A stretch of DNA of 63,716 nucleotides, counting the filler, from Reticulomyxa filosa (Eukaryota > Protista > Foraminifera), in NCBI GenBank assembly GCA_000512085.1. It is 19 parts of 19 records of this genome, joined end to end, with 100 filler letters (N's around TTAATTAATTAA, not from the genome) between each part and the next. Parts side by side here need not be neighbours in the genome. Positions count along the whole stretch, not along the records: positions 11,216 to 15,474 come from ASPP01012014.1; positions 15,575 to 18,403 come from ASPP01022026.1; positions 18,504 to 20,915 come from ASPP01037464.1; positions 21,016 to 22,353 come from ASPP01036570.1; positions 22,454 to 24,308 come from ASPP01033171.1; 14 more parts are not named here. One strand, written 5' to 3'. The notes beneath the pieces are model-generated. The model saw only the letters and a program-made list of their open reading frames with translations, was not told where the DNA came from and did no database searches. Shown one piece after another: positions 12,999 through 24,408 of this stretch (position 1 is its first letter; the number at the start of each line of letters is the position of its first letter). Position numbers and translations under genes: made by a program.

Positions 12999-15330
12999 TT
13001 ACTGTTTGTCTTTTTTTCCAAAAAAAAGCTTTTTAAACGTGTTCTGTCGCTTTGGAGATTTTTGCGTATCAGCATCTCCGGAATTACTGTTAGGCTCAGA
13101 AGTTACAGAAGAAGTGTTTCCAGCATTGTCAGGACCAGTCATAGGGGCATAATCAGAAACTAGTTTATTATCCTTTTTCAATTGCTTGTATTTTGTCAAA
13201 GCGTGTGAACTAGTTGTACTTTTCAAACGCCTAGCGCCAGTTTCTTGAGAGTTGGTGTTATCATTGGAAACAATATTTTTCTGTCCACTGTTGTCAGTAT
13301 CGGCGAGATCAGCTGCCTTTTTTTCGGTAACAGGCAAATTTTCATTTTTATTACCGTGGATATTGGCACTTCTATTTCTGCTATAGTTTGCATTCTTATC
13401 ATCATTTTGAACACGGTCTTTCAATTCGTGTGTTGTATTTTGTTGCTTTACATTTTTTGATGCCTTGTCGTTGTCGGCTGAGGTGTGTTGATTTTTAGAA
13501 CGGGAATTGATATAATTTTCAGCGTGATTATCTTCGCTATCGTCATCACTATCGTTAATGTCAACATCGTCTTCATCTGTATCGTAGTAACGAGGAACGA
13601 GTTTTTCTTTTGTTCCTGAAATAACTTTTGGAACAATGGGCATTTCATTATTAGATTTTGGTGGGTCTGTTGCATTCATTTGAGAAGCCTTATTGAGTTT
13701 TTGGTCATTGCCTGTCGAGGACACTGCTGATTTGGAATCAATGGATTCAATTTGACCAACCGCGTTCAGATTTCGTTGTTGTAGGAGTTCTTGTCTACGA
13801 CGATCTATATGGCAGTGTTGCATGCAACGAAATATAAGTATTATTTTACATTTAACAAAATAAAAGCAGTTCTCTCTGAATTTGATAAAAAGGTAAGCAC
13901 GAAACTCTTGCTTGAGCCTCCAGCAAAAGCAGTACTGCCCATGGTGGTGTCCGTGTGAACCTGTGGACTGGATGATATGGATTTGGACACAGGACTGGCG
14001 TCATAGACGATGAGAGGAGCTGAGAATTCGTCAATGGGAGCCATTTTGGAATTGCCACTGCTTTGAGCCACCCCACGTGGCAGGGGATCCCCTCGTTTGT
14101 AATACTTCCCACCACTTTGCTGAGCAATACTACTAGTGCTGCTGGTTGTGGACACGCCACTTTCTTTGCGATTATGGCGATTGGGAAAACTTGCGCCCAA
14201 ATCTTCATTTGAATTGACCAAAGGGGTTTCCTCACCACGACGAAAATATTGGGTCGGTGTGGACGTCACAGAAGATGTCTCTCCGACTCGATATTTGCCA
14301 CTAGTTCGGCCTTGTATATATTGTGAAGCACTGTGCTGATGGTTATTATTATTATTGTCATTGTTGTTGTTATTGTTATCGTTATTATTATTATTATTAT
14401 TATAGTTTTCTTCATCCACATCTGCAGTAGTTTTGACAGAAACCAATGAAGTGCGAAAGTTTTGGAATTTCTGGCGATTCCATTGCTTTTCGGTGAGATA
14501 TTTGTGCTTTGCACGCTGTGCCATAAGAGCATCGTTGATGCGAGCCAAGCGTTGCAGCGAGGTCCTAACTCCTTCCAGATCCGCGTTTAATTCTTGTATC
14601 GTCCCCGACAATTTCAGCACCTCGACTTCGTGATTGCTTTGATTGGATTGCATTTGTTTCGTCAGCTCTTCGATTTGGCTTCGGAACTGCCGTCGAACAT
14701 CGGAAAGTGTTTGAATTAATTCGCCCATTTCTTTTTTGTATGCTTCGTCCTTGCTTTTCTACAACCGTCGTCGACACCACGTTTGCAAAGTACTTGGAAC
14801 ATTGGCAATTATGTTCCTCTTTTTTTTTTTAAAAAAAGAATTGCAAAACTTTGAGAGTGAGTAGCTGCTGTTCATATGTGGTATTCAATTGTTGCACTTG
14901 CTTTTGATGGATGGCATTTTGTTGGGCCAACTGCTGATGCAAGTCTTTGATCTGCCGATTGCTGGAGTTGATTTTGGTGCTATAGTCGGATAACACCGAT
15001 TGCAAACTTGTCTCTAACTCCTTGTTTTTTTTCATTTGGTCTTTCAACAGGATCGTCTGCTCACCTAGCAGCTCTTGCAATTGTCGCAATTCTTCTTCTT
15101 CCTCTTCCTTCGACTCATTCTTTGATTGTCCTTTGTTTTGTGTCTCTTGTTTGTGTGTCGAATGAGAAGATGTATACAATCTTTTTTTTTTTTCCCTTCA
15201 TCGTACCATTCGATTTCCTGTGCTCTTCAAATGACGCTTTAAATCGTCCAATCTCTTCCAAATACTCATTGAATGCTTTCACAATTTCATTGTACAGCTC
15301 AAACTGGGTATCTAGTTCTTCGTCTATTTT
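12999..15330 (-). CDS. Multi-exon coiled-coil protein with disordered C-terminus
   Basis: Long co-oriented ORFs 14829-15179, 13841-14728 and 12999-13823. Heptad-rich Q/E/L segments come first, followed by an S/N/D-rich tail. Confidence 0.7.
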
Positions 15331-15574
15331 ATGTTTTTTTAAATACCACCCTTTTTTGCTTTGTGTGCGTCTCTGCGCTTTTTTTTTTTAATTGACATGG
15401 AATACGTAGATTGTTCTACTGTGTTCAAAACAAAGTAATTTTTATTTGTTTCGTCTCTTTTTCTCTCTCTCTCTNNNNNNNNNNNNNNNNNNNNNNNNNN
15501 NNNNNNNNNNNNNNNNNNTTAATTAATTAANNNNNNNNNNNNNNNNNNNNNNNNNNNNNNNNNNNNNNNNNNNN

Positions 15575-17210
15575 ACAAGAACAAGAACAAGAACAAGAAC
15601 AAGAACAAGAACAAGGACTAAAGGAAGAACAGACAAAACAAGAAAAAGAAGAAAAAGAAGAAGAAGAAGAGGAAGAAGAAAATAATAGGTACAACTTTGG
15701 GCAAGAAAAAGATAAAAAGAAAATGCAAACAATGAAGGACGACGACGACGACGACGACGATGATGAATCCGAAAAGGATGAAAATTACACTCAAAGCGCA
15801 CGGCAACACAGAGATACCCAATTCAAAGGAGCCGAGTACAACATTGACAATTCGGACGTGCCCAATGAAAAAGCTGGAGTCGAATCAAACGTATCTGCTG
15901 TGAAACAGCAAAACAATGACAATGATAATGATAGTGATAATGGCAATGATAATGACAATGACAATGACAATGACAATGAAAACGGGAATGAAAATAAGGA
16001 TGAAGACGAAGATGAAGATGTGAAAGAAGAAAAACTGTTGAAACAAGATGCTAAGCAAAGAAAAGAAGACGAAAGCGACGAGGAAGAAGAAGAAGACAAA
16101 GAGAAAGAAGAAGAAAAAGCTCAGAACAAACAAGGCTGGGCCAACGCAATAAAAGCAACGGACAGAGGGGATGGCATAAATTGGACTGACCAAATGGACA
16201 AAACAGAACAACCGGCCGACCTAACCGAAATGCTGAAAGTAATCACAAATATGCAGTTCACTTTGACAGTTATAACCAATGTGTGTAGATGTTTGATGTC
16301 ACTCCATACTTTGTCCCTTCTTTTCTGTTCACATTACAGACAATCAAACAACAATTGCATCCATATCAAACTCCAAGTCGAACAATGGAGTCTCCAAAGG
16401 TACATTTATTCACATACATATACATATACATATACATATATATGTATGTATTTATATATATGTAATCTATCAATCTTGAACACAAATGGCATACGACAAA
16501 AATGCATTGTTTGTGACTTGGTTGGTCTGTAAACCCAGGAAACAAAGAGAAGCCGAGACTTAAGTGAAAAATATCCTTCGTGGAATATCAATGCAAAAAC
16601 ACGACCCTCAATTGTTTCGAATGAGAGCGATATCGATTTTGGCACAACGAGAAAGGAAATAACGCTCGAAGACGATGATGATAACGATAACGATAATGAT
16701 AACAATAATGATAATGACAACGACAACGATAACGATGACGACGACGACGAGGAGGAGGAAGCAGAGGAAGATCACAGCGCTGGCAAGAATAAGGAGGAGG
16801 AAGCAGAGGAAGAAGCGAATGGCAGCGACGACAATAACAATAATAATGACGAAAAAGAACATGAATATGAATATGAAGATGAAAATGATGATACTGAAAA
16901 TAAAAATAACAGGACAAAACCAAGAAACACCACAAATGCATACCACACGGAGATGCACGTAGAGCCTACGAAGGAGTCGTGGTGGAAAGCCATTGTTGTC
17001 TTGCTGTTCACTTTACTGTGGCTTTCAATAATCGTCTTTCTTGCATCCAAAATCAACCAAGACTTTTACAACGTGTATTACCCCGATCCTTTAAAAACGC
17101 TTGTTCGAGAATTGGACCCTTTGGTCTTCCAATTCAAGGATTGGGTCTTTAATTTTGCCCCCTCTCTTTCCATTCTTCTTACAGACTTGACGAAAAATGT
17201 TTTGAGATGA
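15575..17210 (+). CDS. Acidic low-complexity protein with a single C-terminal transmembrane helix
   Basis: D/E/N-rich ORF 15723-16532 and a second acidic stretch at ~16530-16950 running into WWKAIVVLLFTLLWLSIIVFLASK. An (ATAC/AT)n intron lies at ~16400-16530. Confidence 0.6.
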
Positions 17211-17432
17211 GATTTGAGATTATGTTACTTTTTTCTCTTTAAGAGAAATGATTCAATGTCCATTAGATAGCTTTTCATTCTTGTTATAAACACGAGTACT
17301 GACAATTCAAAAAATACACATACACAACCATCATTGCATAAGACTTGGCTTCCACGAAAACATTAGACCCCTTCTTGAAAGAAGACGTAGATTCAGGGGA
17401 GGGGAAAAAAAAAGAGCCACAGCTTTAACAAA

Positions 17433-18355
17433 ATGTCTCAAGCAGATCATTTACCCGCCTCCAAAGGTATAATATGATTCAGTTTGCACGAAGACTTAGA
17501 ACAAAGCACTGCAAAAAAAAAAAAAAAAACGTGAATAAACGAACAGAGCAAATCTGGAAACGATTAGAATATTTGCTATGGTCTCATCAAAACGAGAACG
17601 AGTTTGACGAATATTTTAGACAGCTTGAAGAATTGGCCAGCGCAGGACATGGATTCAAGAAGAAGTTGTTTAGTAATACCCGGCCCAAGACAACATGCAG
17701 AAAAATGCCAAACGATTGGCTGCTTTTTGAGTGTGCGACATGTTCAGTAGACGGATGTTTATGTACGAAGTGTTACAAGAATTCTGATCATATTGGACAT
17801 GATGTGTCATTTGGTATTTCCAATGGTGGTTGTTGTGATTGTGGAGATACAGTCTGTTGGCCAGCCAGTGGAAGCTGCGCATCCCATCCAGGACCAGCTG
17901 ACATTTCTCACCTTCGTTGAGTCCATTTTATACATATTGTTGACCAAACATAAAACAAATAGAGACGATATATATATATATATATGTACATATATATATA
18001 TATATATAATTGATAATACATTGAGCTTTTAATTTATTAGTACATGTTTTGTTTTTTTTTTTGGGGTATTAAAAAGAGTTGGATCCAGAAATAGAAATGT
18101 GCTGTCGACTAGTATGCGGATATGTGATTTATTTGCTGAGTTATGCTTTCAGCAGCGACCATCACGACGTGATCATCTTGCCAAAGGCAGTTGCGAAGGA
18201 GTCCTCATTTTATCGAACTTTTGAAGAGCATAAGACACAAGTGCAACACGAGGACACTTTTGCACAATTTCCTTCGCAAGTGTTGCAGCCACTCGAACAT
18301 CGGGATAAAATATTGCTCGTTTATCCAAATGCAACTTCTACTTTGCGTCAATGTA
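17433..18355 (+). CDS. UBR-box (N-recognin) E3 ubiquitin ligase, 5' part
   Basis: CRKM...FECATCSVDGCLCTKCYKNSDHIGHDV...GGCCDCGDTVCW...CASH is the zf-UBR signature. Likely ATG at 17433, further exon 18079-18355. Confidence 0.9.
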
Positions 18356-18503
18356 TTGCATTCATTTTTTATTTTTATTTTTATTTTTATTTTTATTTTT
18401 ATTNNNNNNNNNNNNNNNNNNNNNNNNNNNNNNNNNNNNNNNNNNNNTTAATTAATTAANNNNNNNNNNNNNNNNNNNNNNNNNNNNNNNNNNNNNNNNN
18501 NNN

Positions 18504-20790
18504 AATAATAATAATAATAATAATATGAGACAACAAAACAACAATAATATTCACAACCACGATCGAGGACGTAGTACCAGTGACATCACGGTGACAGGAC
18601 CATTGATATCACACTCACCACAGCCTGCGGACCTCTCCCCTCATAGCAGTGGCAGCAGCAACTATCCCTTCTCTGTGCGAGACGCCCTCGCCATGACTGT
18701 CTCCGCCCAAAACAATCCTCGCGGTCTTTCCGTACATAGCGCCTATCGTCGTCGCCGCTATTTCCATCAGCGCGCCACTCGAAGGCCCTTGGGGTTCCAC
18801 GACTTGAAGTCTATGAGCGAAGCGCGAACTGGAAATCATGTCACATATGTGTATATTATCCTTTCTATACGCACGTATATACACATACATACATACACAA
18901 TACACTCTGGCATACATGCAGTACATCTACATGCACATCATCTACATTTCGTCTACAGGCGGATCAAGACTTGGCCGCATTTTTATTGGACAACTACTTT
19001 AGCGATAGTGATGAAGACGATCCATTTGAAGCACAAAGAGTCTATGTATAAATATATATATATATACATATATATGTATATGTGTATACGTATACATATA
19101 TATACATGTGTATTTATGTATATGAAAAATAAACTACTTAAAAAAAAAAAAAAAAAAGGATGCGGTGTTGAAACGGAGACGTACTTCGAAATTGAGCCAA
19201 ATATCTTTTTCGACAATGGGGACTCCATTGCAGTCTCCGTTGGCATACAGCGTGAGTCGTAACACAAATAACCCGACGTCCCCCGCCGTGCTGGCGAGCT
19301 CGGCGTCGTCAGTCTCCTCTTCCGCGCAGCATAGCTTCACGCGCAGGCCACTCTATCGTGTATCCTACGCAGTGCTGGACGAACGACTCAAAGATCGAGT
19401 TTCCAAACGCATCGGCCAAAAGAAAGTGCACTTTCCAAGACTTAGTAAAGCTTCGAGTGTGAGTCATCAAAGAGAAGAAAGAGGAGGGCAAAGGTATGAA
19501 GAAGAAGAAGAAGAAGAAGAAGAAGAAGAAAAAAAGGTACATGACGACGATGGTGATGCCGATGACGACAACGATTCGGATACGGATTTGATAAATGAAT
19601 TAAGCGCTTACAAGGCTGTTGCAGTTGTTGGCGTTAGCAATCACTCTGTGATCAATCCTCGCCTTGCGACAACCGTTTCCATGTCCTCGTCTTCCACGCT
19701 CACCACGCTGCCTCCACAAGACACAGACACCGAACGTGGATTTAGCCAAGACTGGGAGCCCAGCTTGACCGGAGCCACTCAAAAACGAAACACCATTCGC
19801 TCCGTTTTATTGCGAGGAGGGTCCGTCGCTTCCAACTATTCCGCTTCTTCGTCCACCGTACTCACTGTCGGAAGTCCGGTCATGGTCATCATGCAGCCCG
19901 TTGATCCTAATAAAAGATGTTGCGTTAAAAATGTAAAGAGTAGGAAATATTTCCAATGCCACATATACATATATATATATATATATATATATGTATACGT
20001 ATATTTATGTATACGTGTTAGTGGAAATGGCGTATCAACAAAAATCATTGCTGCAGTACAATGCCATGAGTGATGTGATGGTCAAGTACCAAACCAAAAT
20101 GAACGAATGGGAGTTTGACGCGTTTGAGTTTATGGATGATCCGGGGACACATGGGCTCGGACTTGTGCTCATGGCGTATCACATTACCAGACACACGGGC
20201 TTGCTGGAATTATGCGAAATTGAACCCGAAAAGTTTTGGAAGTTTTCTGAGCATATTCAAAAAGGATATCTTAACAACCCTTATCACAACAAATATCATG
20301 CCTGCGATGTCCTCGTTTCCACTTATTATTACTTGAGAACACGTTTCATGAAAGTTATGTCGATTACGTACTTTACTTTTGGTGCGACGTATACGTATAC
20401 ATATATGTACATATACATATATACACGTATATGTATATGTGATATATATATATATATATATTAGTCTCATATGACGGTGTGGGATGAATTTGCAGCCTAT
20501 GTGGCAGCAATGGCGCATGACGTTGGACATGACGGATACAATAACGCGTTCCATTTGGCAACAGCCTCGAACTTGGCACTGCTGTATGGCGATACCTCAT
20601 TGTTGGAAAACTATCACGTCAGCGAGACATTCCGCATTCTGTCTCTGCCGGATTGCAATTGGATGCAATCCCATCCATTGTCCATTCGAAGGTATTTAGG
20701 TATTTTGATACGACAAATTATCTTTGCAACGGACATGAAACACCACGGGACTAATATGGCCAATTTGAATGAAGTTGTCAAAGTTCTCAA
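18504..20790 (+). CDS. 3',5'-cyclic nucleotide phosphodiesterase, class I (partial)
   Basis: WEFDAF, NPYHNKYHACDV, AMAHDVGHDGYNNAF, LALLYGDTSLLENYH, IFATDMKHH. An S-rich N-terminal region precedes the domain, and introns contain (AT)n. Confidence 0.95.
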
Positions 20791-20880
20791 GTTTAGTTTG
20801 TTTTCTTTGTTTATTTTTATCTATTTGATGTAGTGCAATGCATTGTAATAGTCAGATAAGACTCAATAAAAAGGGGGATG

Positions 20881-20915
<35 letters not shown>

Positions 20916-21015
20916 NNNNNNNNNNNNNNNNNNNNNNNNNNNNNNNNNNNNNNNNNNNNTTAATTAATTAANNNNNNNNNNNNNNNNNNNNNNNNNNNNN
21001 NNNNNNNNNNNNNNN

Positions 21016-22160
21016 ACAAACTTTTCTTCGTGGATTTAAGTTTAAAAAAAAAAAAGGGGGTCGTTTTTTGTCACATACCCTTGCGTTTTCATATCTCCCA
21101 AAGTGTCTTTCAATTTCTGAAATTCTTCCTCAAATTTGCCGCCGCTTAGACTTTTCAAGATATTTTTGAATCTTGGGCGATAGTGCTTTCGACGACTTTC
21201 TTGAATCTTGGACAAACGAACACCAATATCTTTCAATGTAGTTTCTACTTTTAACTCCAATTTTTCTGCTTGCAACTCCTCTTCCGATATATTCACATTG
21301 ATGCTACTTGTTTCTTCATCTTCATTCGTAATAGCACTTTCAATGTCCATTACTACATCGACTTTGGTTTCTTCTTCTCTTTTGTCTTCACTTTTTTCTT
21401 GTAACGCTTGCACTGCAGTTCGAAACGCACGAGCAAAGCCAAGCCTTATCGAACACTTTTTGCACAATTCGTCTAATTCAGAGTCACTTTTTGACACTAG
21501 TTCGCGATTGTTTTTTATGCCATGTTTCATTAGCTCTTCACTAAATTTTCCAAAACCATTATTCTGACACCATTGCTGTATTATTACATGTGGATAAAAA
21601 AAAAAGAGTAGCTCTGAAGTTTGTACAAAGAAAGTTAAAAGTAGTTGCAGTTACATGACGCTAACCTCAAATTCGCTTTTTTGTTGCTCTAAAACCACAT
21701 TTTTAAATTTGCGTAAATACATAAATTTCATTCCAGCTGCTTTACCAATGTTATCCAATTCATCTTCTGTTTTGCTCAAAAATATTTTTGGATCAGTATA
21801 ACCCGCTTTAATCAATGCATCTTTGAATTGGACGATATTGCAATCCTTACAGAATTTCTTTTACAACAACAAACGTCCAAAGATTGAGTTAAAAAAAAAA
21901 AAGAGCCACGGAAAAAAAAAACAGAGCCTTGAAAAATAGTAAACCTGCATCTCATCCACAACGGATACATCAGTTGCAAAAACAGCTGATTTAAATTTGT
22001 CTTTCTTTTCATTGGACAGAAGCAGTATTTCGCAGATTTCATTAAAATCCGCTTTTAAACCTTCTTTGTCCTTAATCCCTCCTTCTTCAATTACTGTCCC
22101 GATATATTCTTCAAAACCATTTTGTCTCAACCAGTCTGCAAAACCACTTTCTGTTGCCAT
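21016..22160 (-). CDS. Protein with three tandem SAM-like domains followed by a coiled coil (3' truncated)
   Basis: Three SAM-like repeats in separate exons: FADWLRQNGFEEYIGTVIEEGGI, KFCKDCNIVQFKDALIKAGYTD..LSKTEDELDNIGKAAGMK, and QWCQNNGFGKFSEELMKHGIKNNRELVSKSDSELDELCKKCSIRLG. Confidence 0.7.
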
Positions 22161-22472
22161 CGTTGCACGACAGTTTTAAATTTCACAAAATACTCCAAAA
22201 ATGAGTATAAGATGAAAGACTTACAGCAACAACGCAACAAAAGAAATTCTAGGGTTTTTTAAATGATGAACTTTTTTCTTTTTTGCAGTTGCTGGTGGTA
22301 TCTCTCGTGTTCAAGACACTAGTTGGAATTGTGGCTGGTAAAGTTAAATAATANNNNNNNNNNNNNNNNNNNNNNNNNNNNNNNNNNNNNNNNNNNNTTA
22401 ATTAATTAANNNNNNNNNNNNNNNNNNNNNNNNNNNNNNNNNNNNNNNNNNNNAAAAAAAAAAAAAACAATA

Positions 22473-22990
22473 GAGAGTTAATTTTATGGAAAAGACAATC
22501 CATTTAAAAAATGTGAATGTAGATATATCGATATGGAATTTAGGTGGTCAAAAAGACTTTAGCACATTAATGCCATTAGTAGTGTTATTTGCATTTGATT
22601 TGACAGCAAACCAATCTTTACATTCTGTGAAGATGACATTGTATAAAGAAAATAAAGTATGTTTTATTTATTTTTTTTTTTAAGAAAAAAAAAAAGGAAG
22701 GACCCCTTTCAAAAAAAAAAAAAAAAGTAATGTTGTACGTATTTTATAAACTTTTTTTTAATAAAAAAAAGGTGTTTATTGGAACGAAATATGATTTGTT
22801 TGATGGACTTCCAGATATGTATAAACAACAATCTCGAAAATTTGCTCAAAAAATGCATGCTCCATTATTATATTGCTCGTCTGCTAAATCAATAAATGTT
22901 GCTACAATTTTTTAAGTAATTATCATCAATGTGTTTAATATGGCCACTAAAGTTAAAATTGAAAATCTGAAAAAGAAAAAACAGAAGGAG
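22473..22990 (+). pseudogene. Spg1/Tem1-type small GTPase pseudogene
   Basis: VNFMEKTIHL..SIWNLGGQKDFSTLMPLV, FAFDLT, FIGTKYDLF, RKFAQKMHAPLLYCSSAKSINVATIF*. G3 Asp is replaced by Asn, there are internal deletions, and a premature stop falls at 22913-22915. Confidence 0.85.
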
Positions 22991-23922
22991 TAAAAAACAA
23001 GAAACCGAAAAAAAATAATTTGTTTACAGAATTGAAATTGTCTTGCCAAAAAACATCTTTTTTTTTTTAACATTGATGTTTTTTTTTTCTTAAATGAAAT
23101 TGTCCTCGTTTTTCTTTTGTTTACTCTTTGGTTCTTAGGACATGTAAAATCAAAAAAATATTTATTGAAAGATCACCAGCAACACAAATCAGCAAATAAA
23201 ATATGTTTTTTTTTAAACTGAGCCAAAATATTTTGTAAGAAAAATCAAAGCAATTTTTTGAATTAAAAAACAGCTGTACCAATAAAATAAAAAAAAAGCA
23301 CATCAACTTAAAGCATGCAGGCAGTCTTAGCATTGATAAAAGTCGTCATGCTTGATTAATTACCATTAAGGTACTTATAAACCTAATCATAGTCCTGGTC
23401 CCTTACCTTTTACAAAATTTCATGCATCACACTTTTTTTTTTACCAAAACTTGTTACCTACAGAGAAGTTTTGTAATTTTGCATAACTCATTTTTGAACA
23501 TTCAAAATGAAGAAAAAAACAAAAGGTCGACTAGGCTTCTACCATATTTACCACAAATGCTGACTTTTGATGAAATTCATTTGATCAAAGGTTGTTGAAT
23601 ATTTTGGTCGCCGCTTGGCATCAAGCAGGCGAGGGTATTAGTTATAAACCAAGCGTTTTTTTTAAAAAAATAACAATCACAAAAAAATATTGTTAAAACG
23701 TTGTGGAAATGAAACAATATTTTTCATTATCTCATTTGGTTCAAATGAGGCTAAGAATAAGAGACGATACCATTGCCAAAAAAAAAGAAAACAAAGGCAG
23801 CTATTCAAAAAATTTTCATTCCCCGAATTTTAAGAAAAACACTACAAATTGAGTGATAGTCATACCTTCTCTTCGTCGCAAAAGAAAGAGAAAGTAGAAA
23901 AAGAAAAAATTTGGTATGATTT

Positions 23923-24285
23923 TTACGTCTTAATTTTGACTTCGAAGTCCTCTTTTTTTGCAAGAAAAGGTTGTCTTTCATGATTGGGAGTCATGTCATT
24001 AATGTCAGTATCATGAAGATGATGAGATGAATCACGATCCACACTTTTCGAGTCATCCGATAGATGCATCTTTCTTGACGAATCCTTGTGTTTACTTCCA
24101 CTATCAACCACAATGGGCTTCATTTCTTGGCGAATACATAAGTACTCGGATAACACGGTGGATATCAAAAATGAACAAAAGTTGACAATCCATCAACACA
24201 ATATCAAGTGTAATAAATATATCGTCGATGCATAGTCCAAACATTTCTTTGCTCTTTTTCACTACCAAACATATGCAAAATGAAC
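23923..24285 (-). pseudogene. SYS1: SYS1 Golgi trafficking protein, disrupted 3' part
   Basis: LVVK/RAKKCLDYASTIYLLHLILC*WIVNFCSFLISTVLSEYLCIRQEMKPI matches SYS1 (R.KQCLDF...HL...GEYLC.R.ELKEI). It has a frameshift, a stop and a deletion. Confidence 0.8.
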
Positions 24286-24408
24286 TATTTTCAATTGCAA
24301 AAATCATTNNNNNNNNNNNNNNNNNNNNNNNNNNNNNNNNNNNNNNNNNNNNTTAATTAATTAANNNNNNNNNNNNNNNNNNNNNNNNNNNNNNNNNNNN
24401 NNNNNNNN

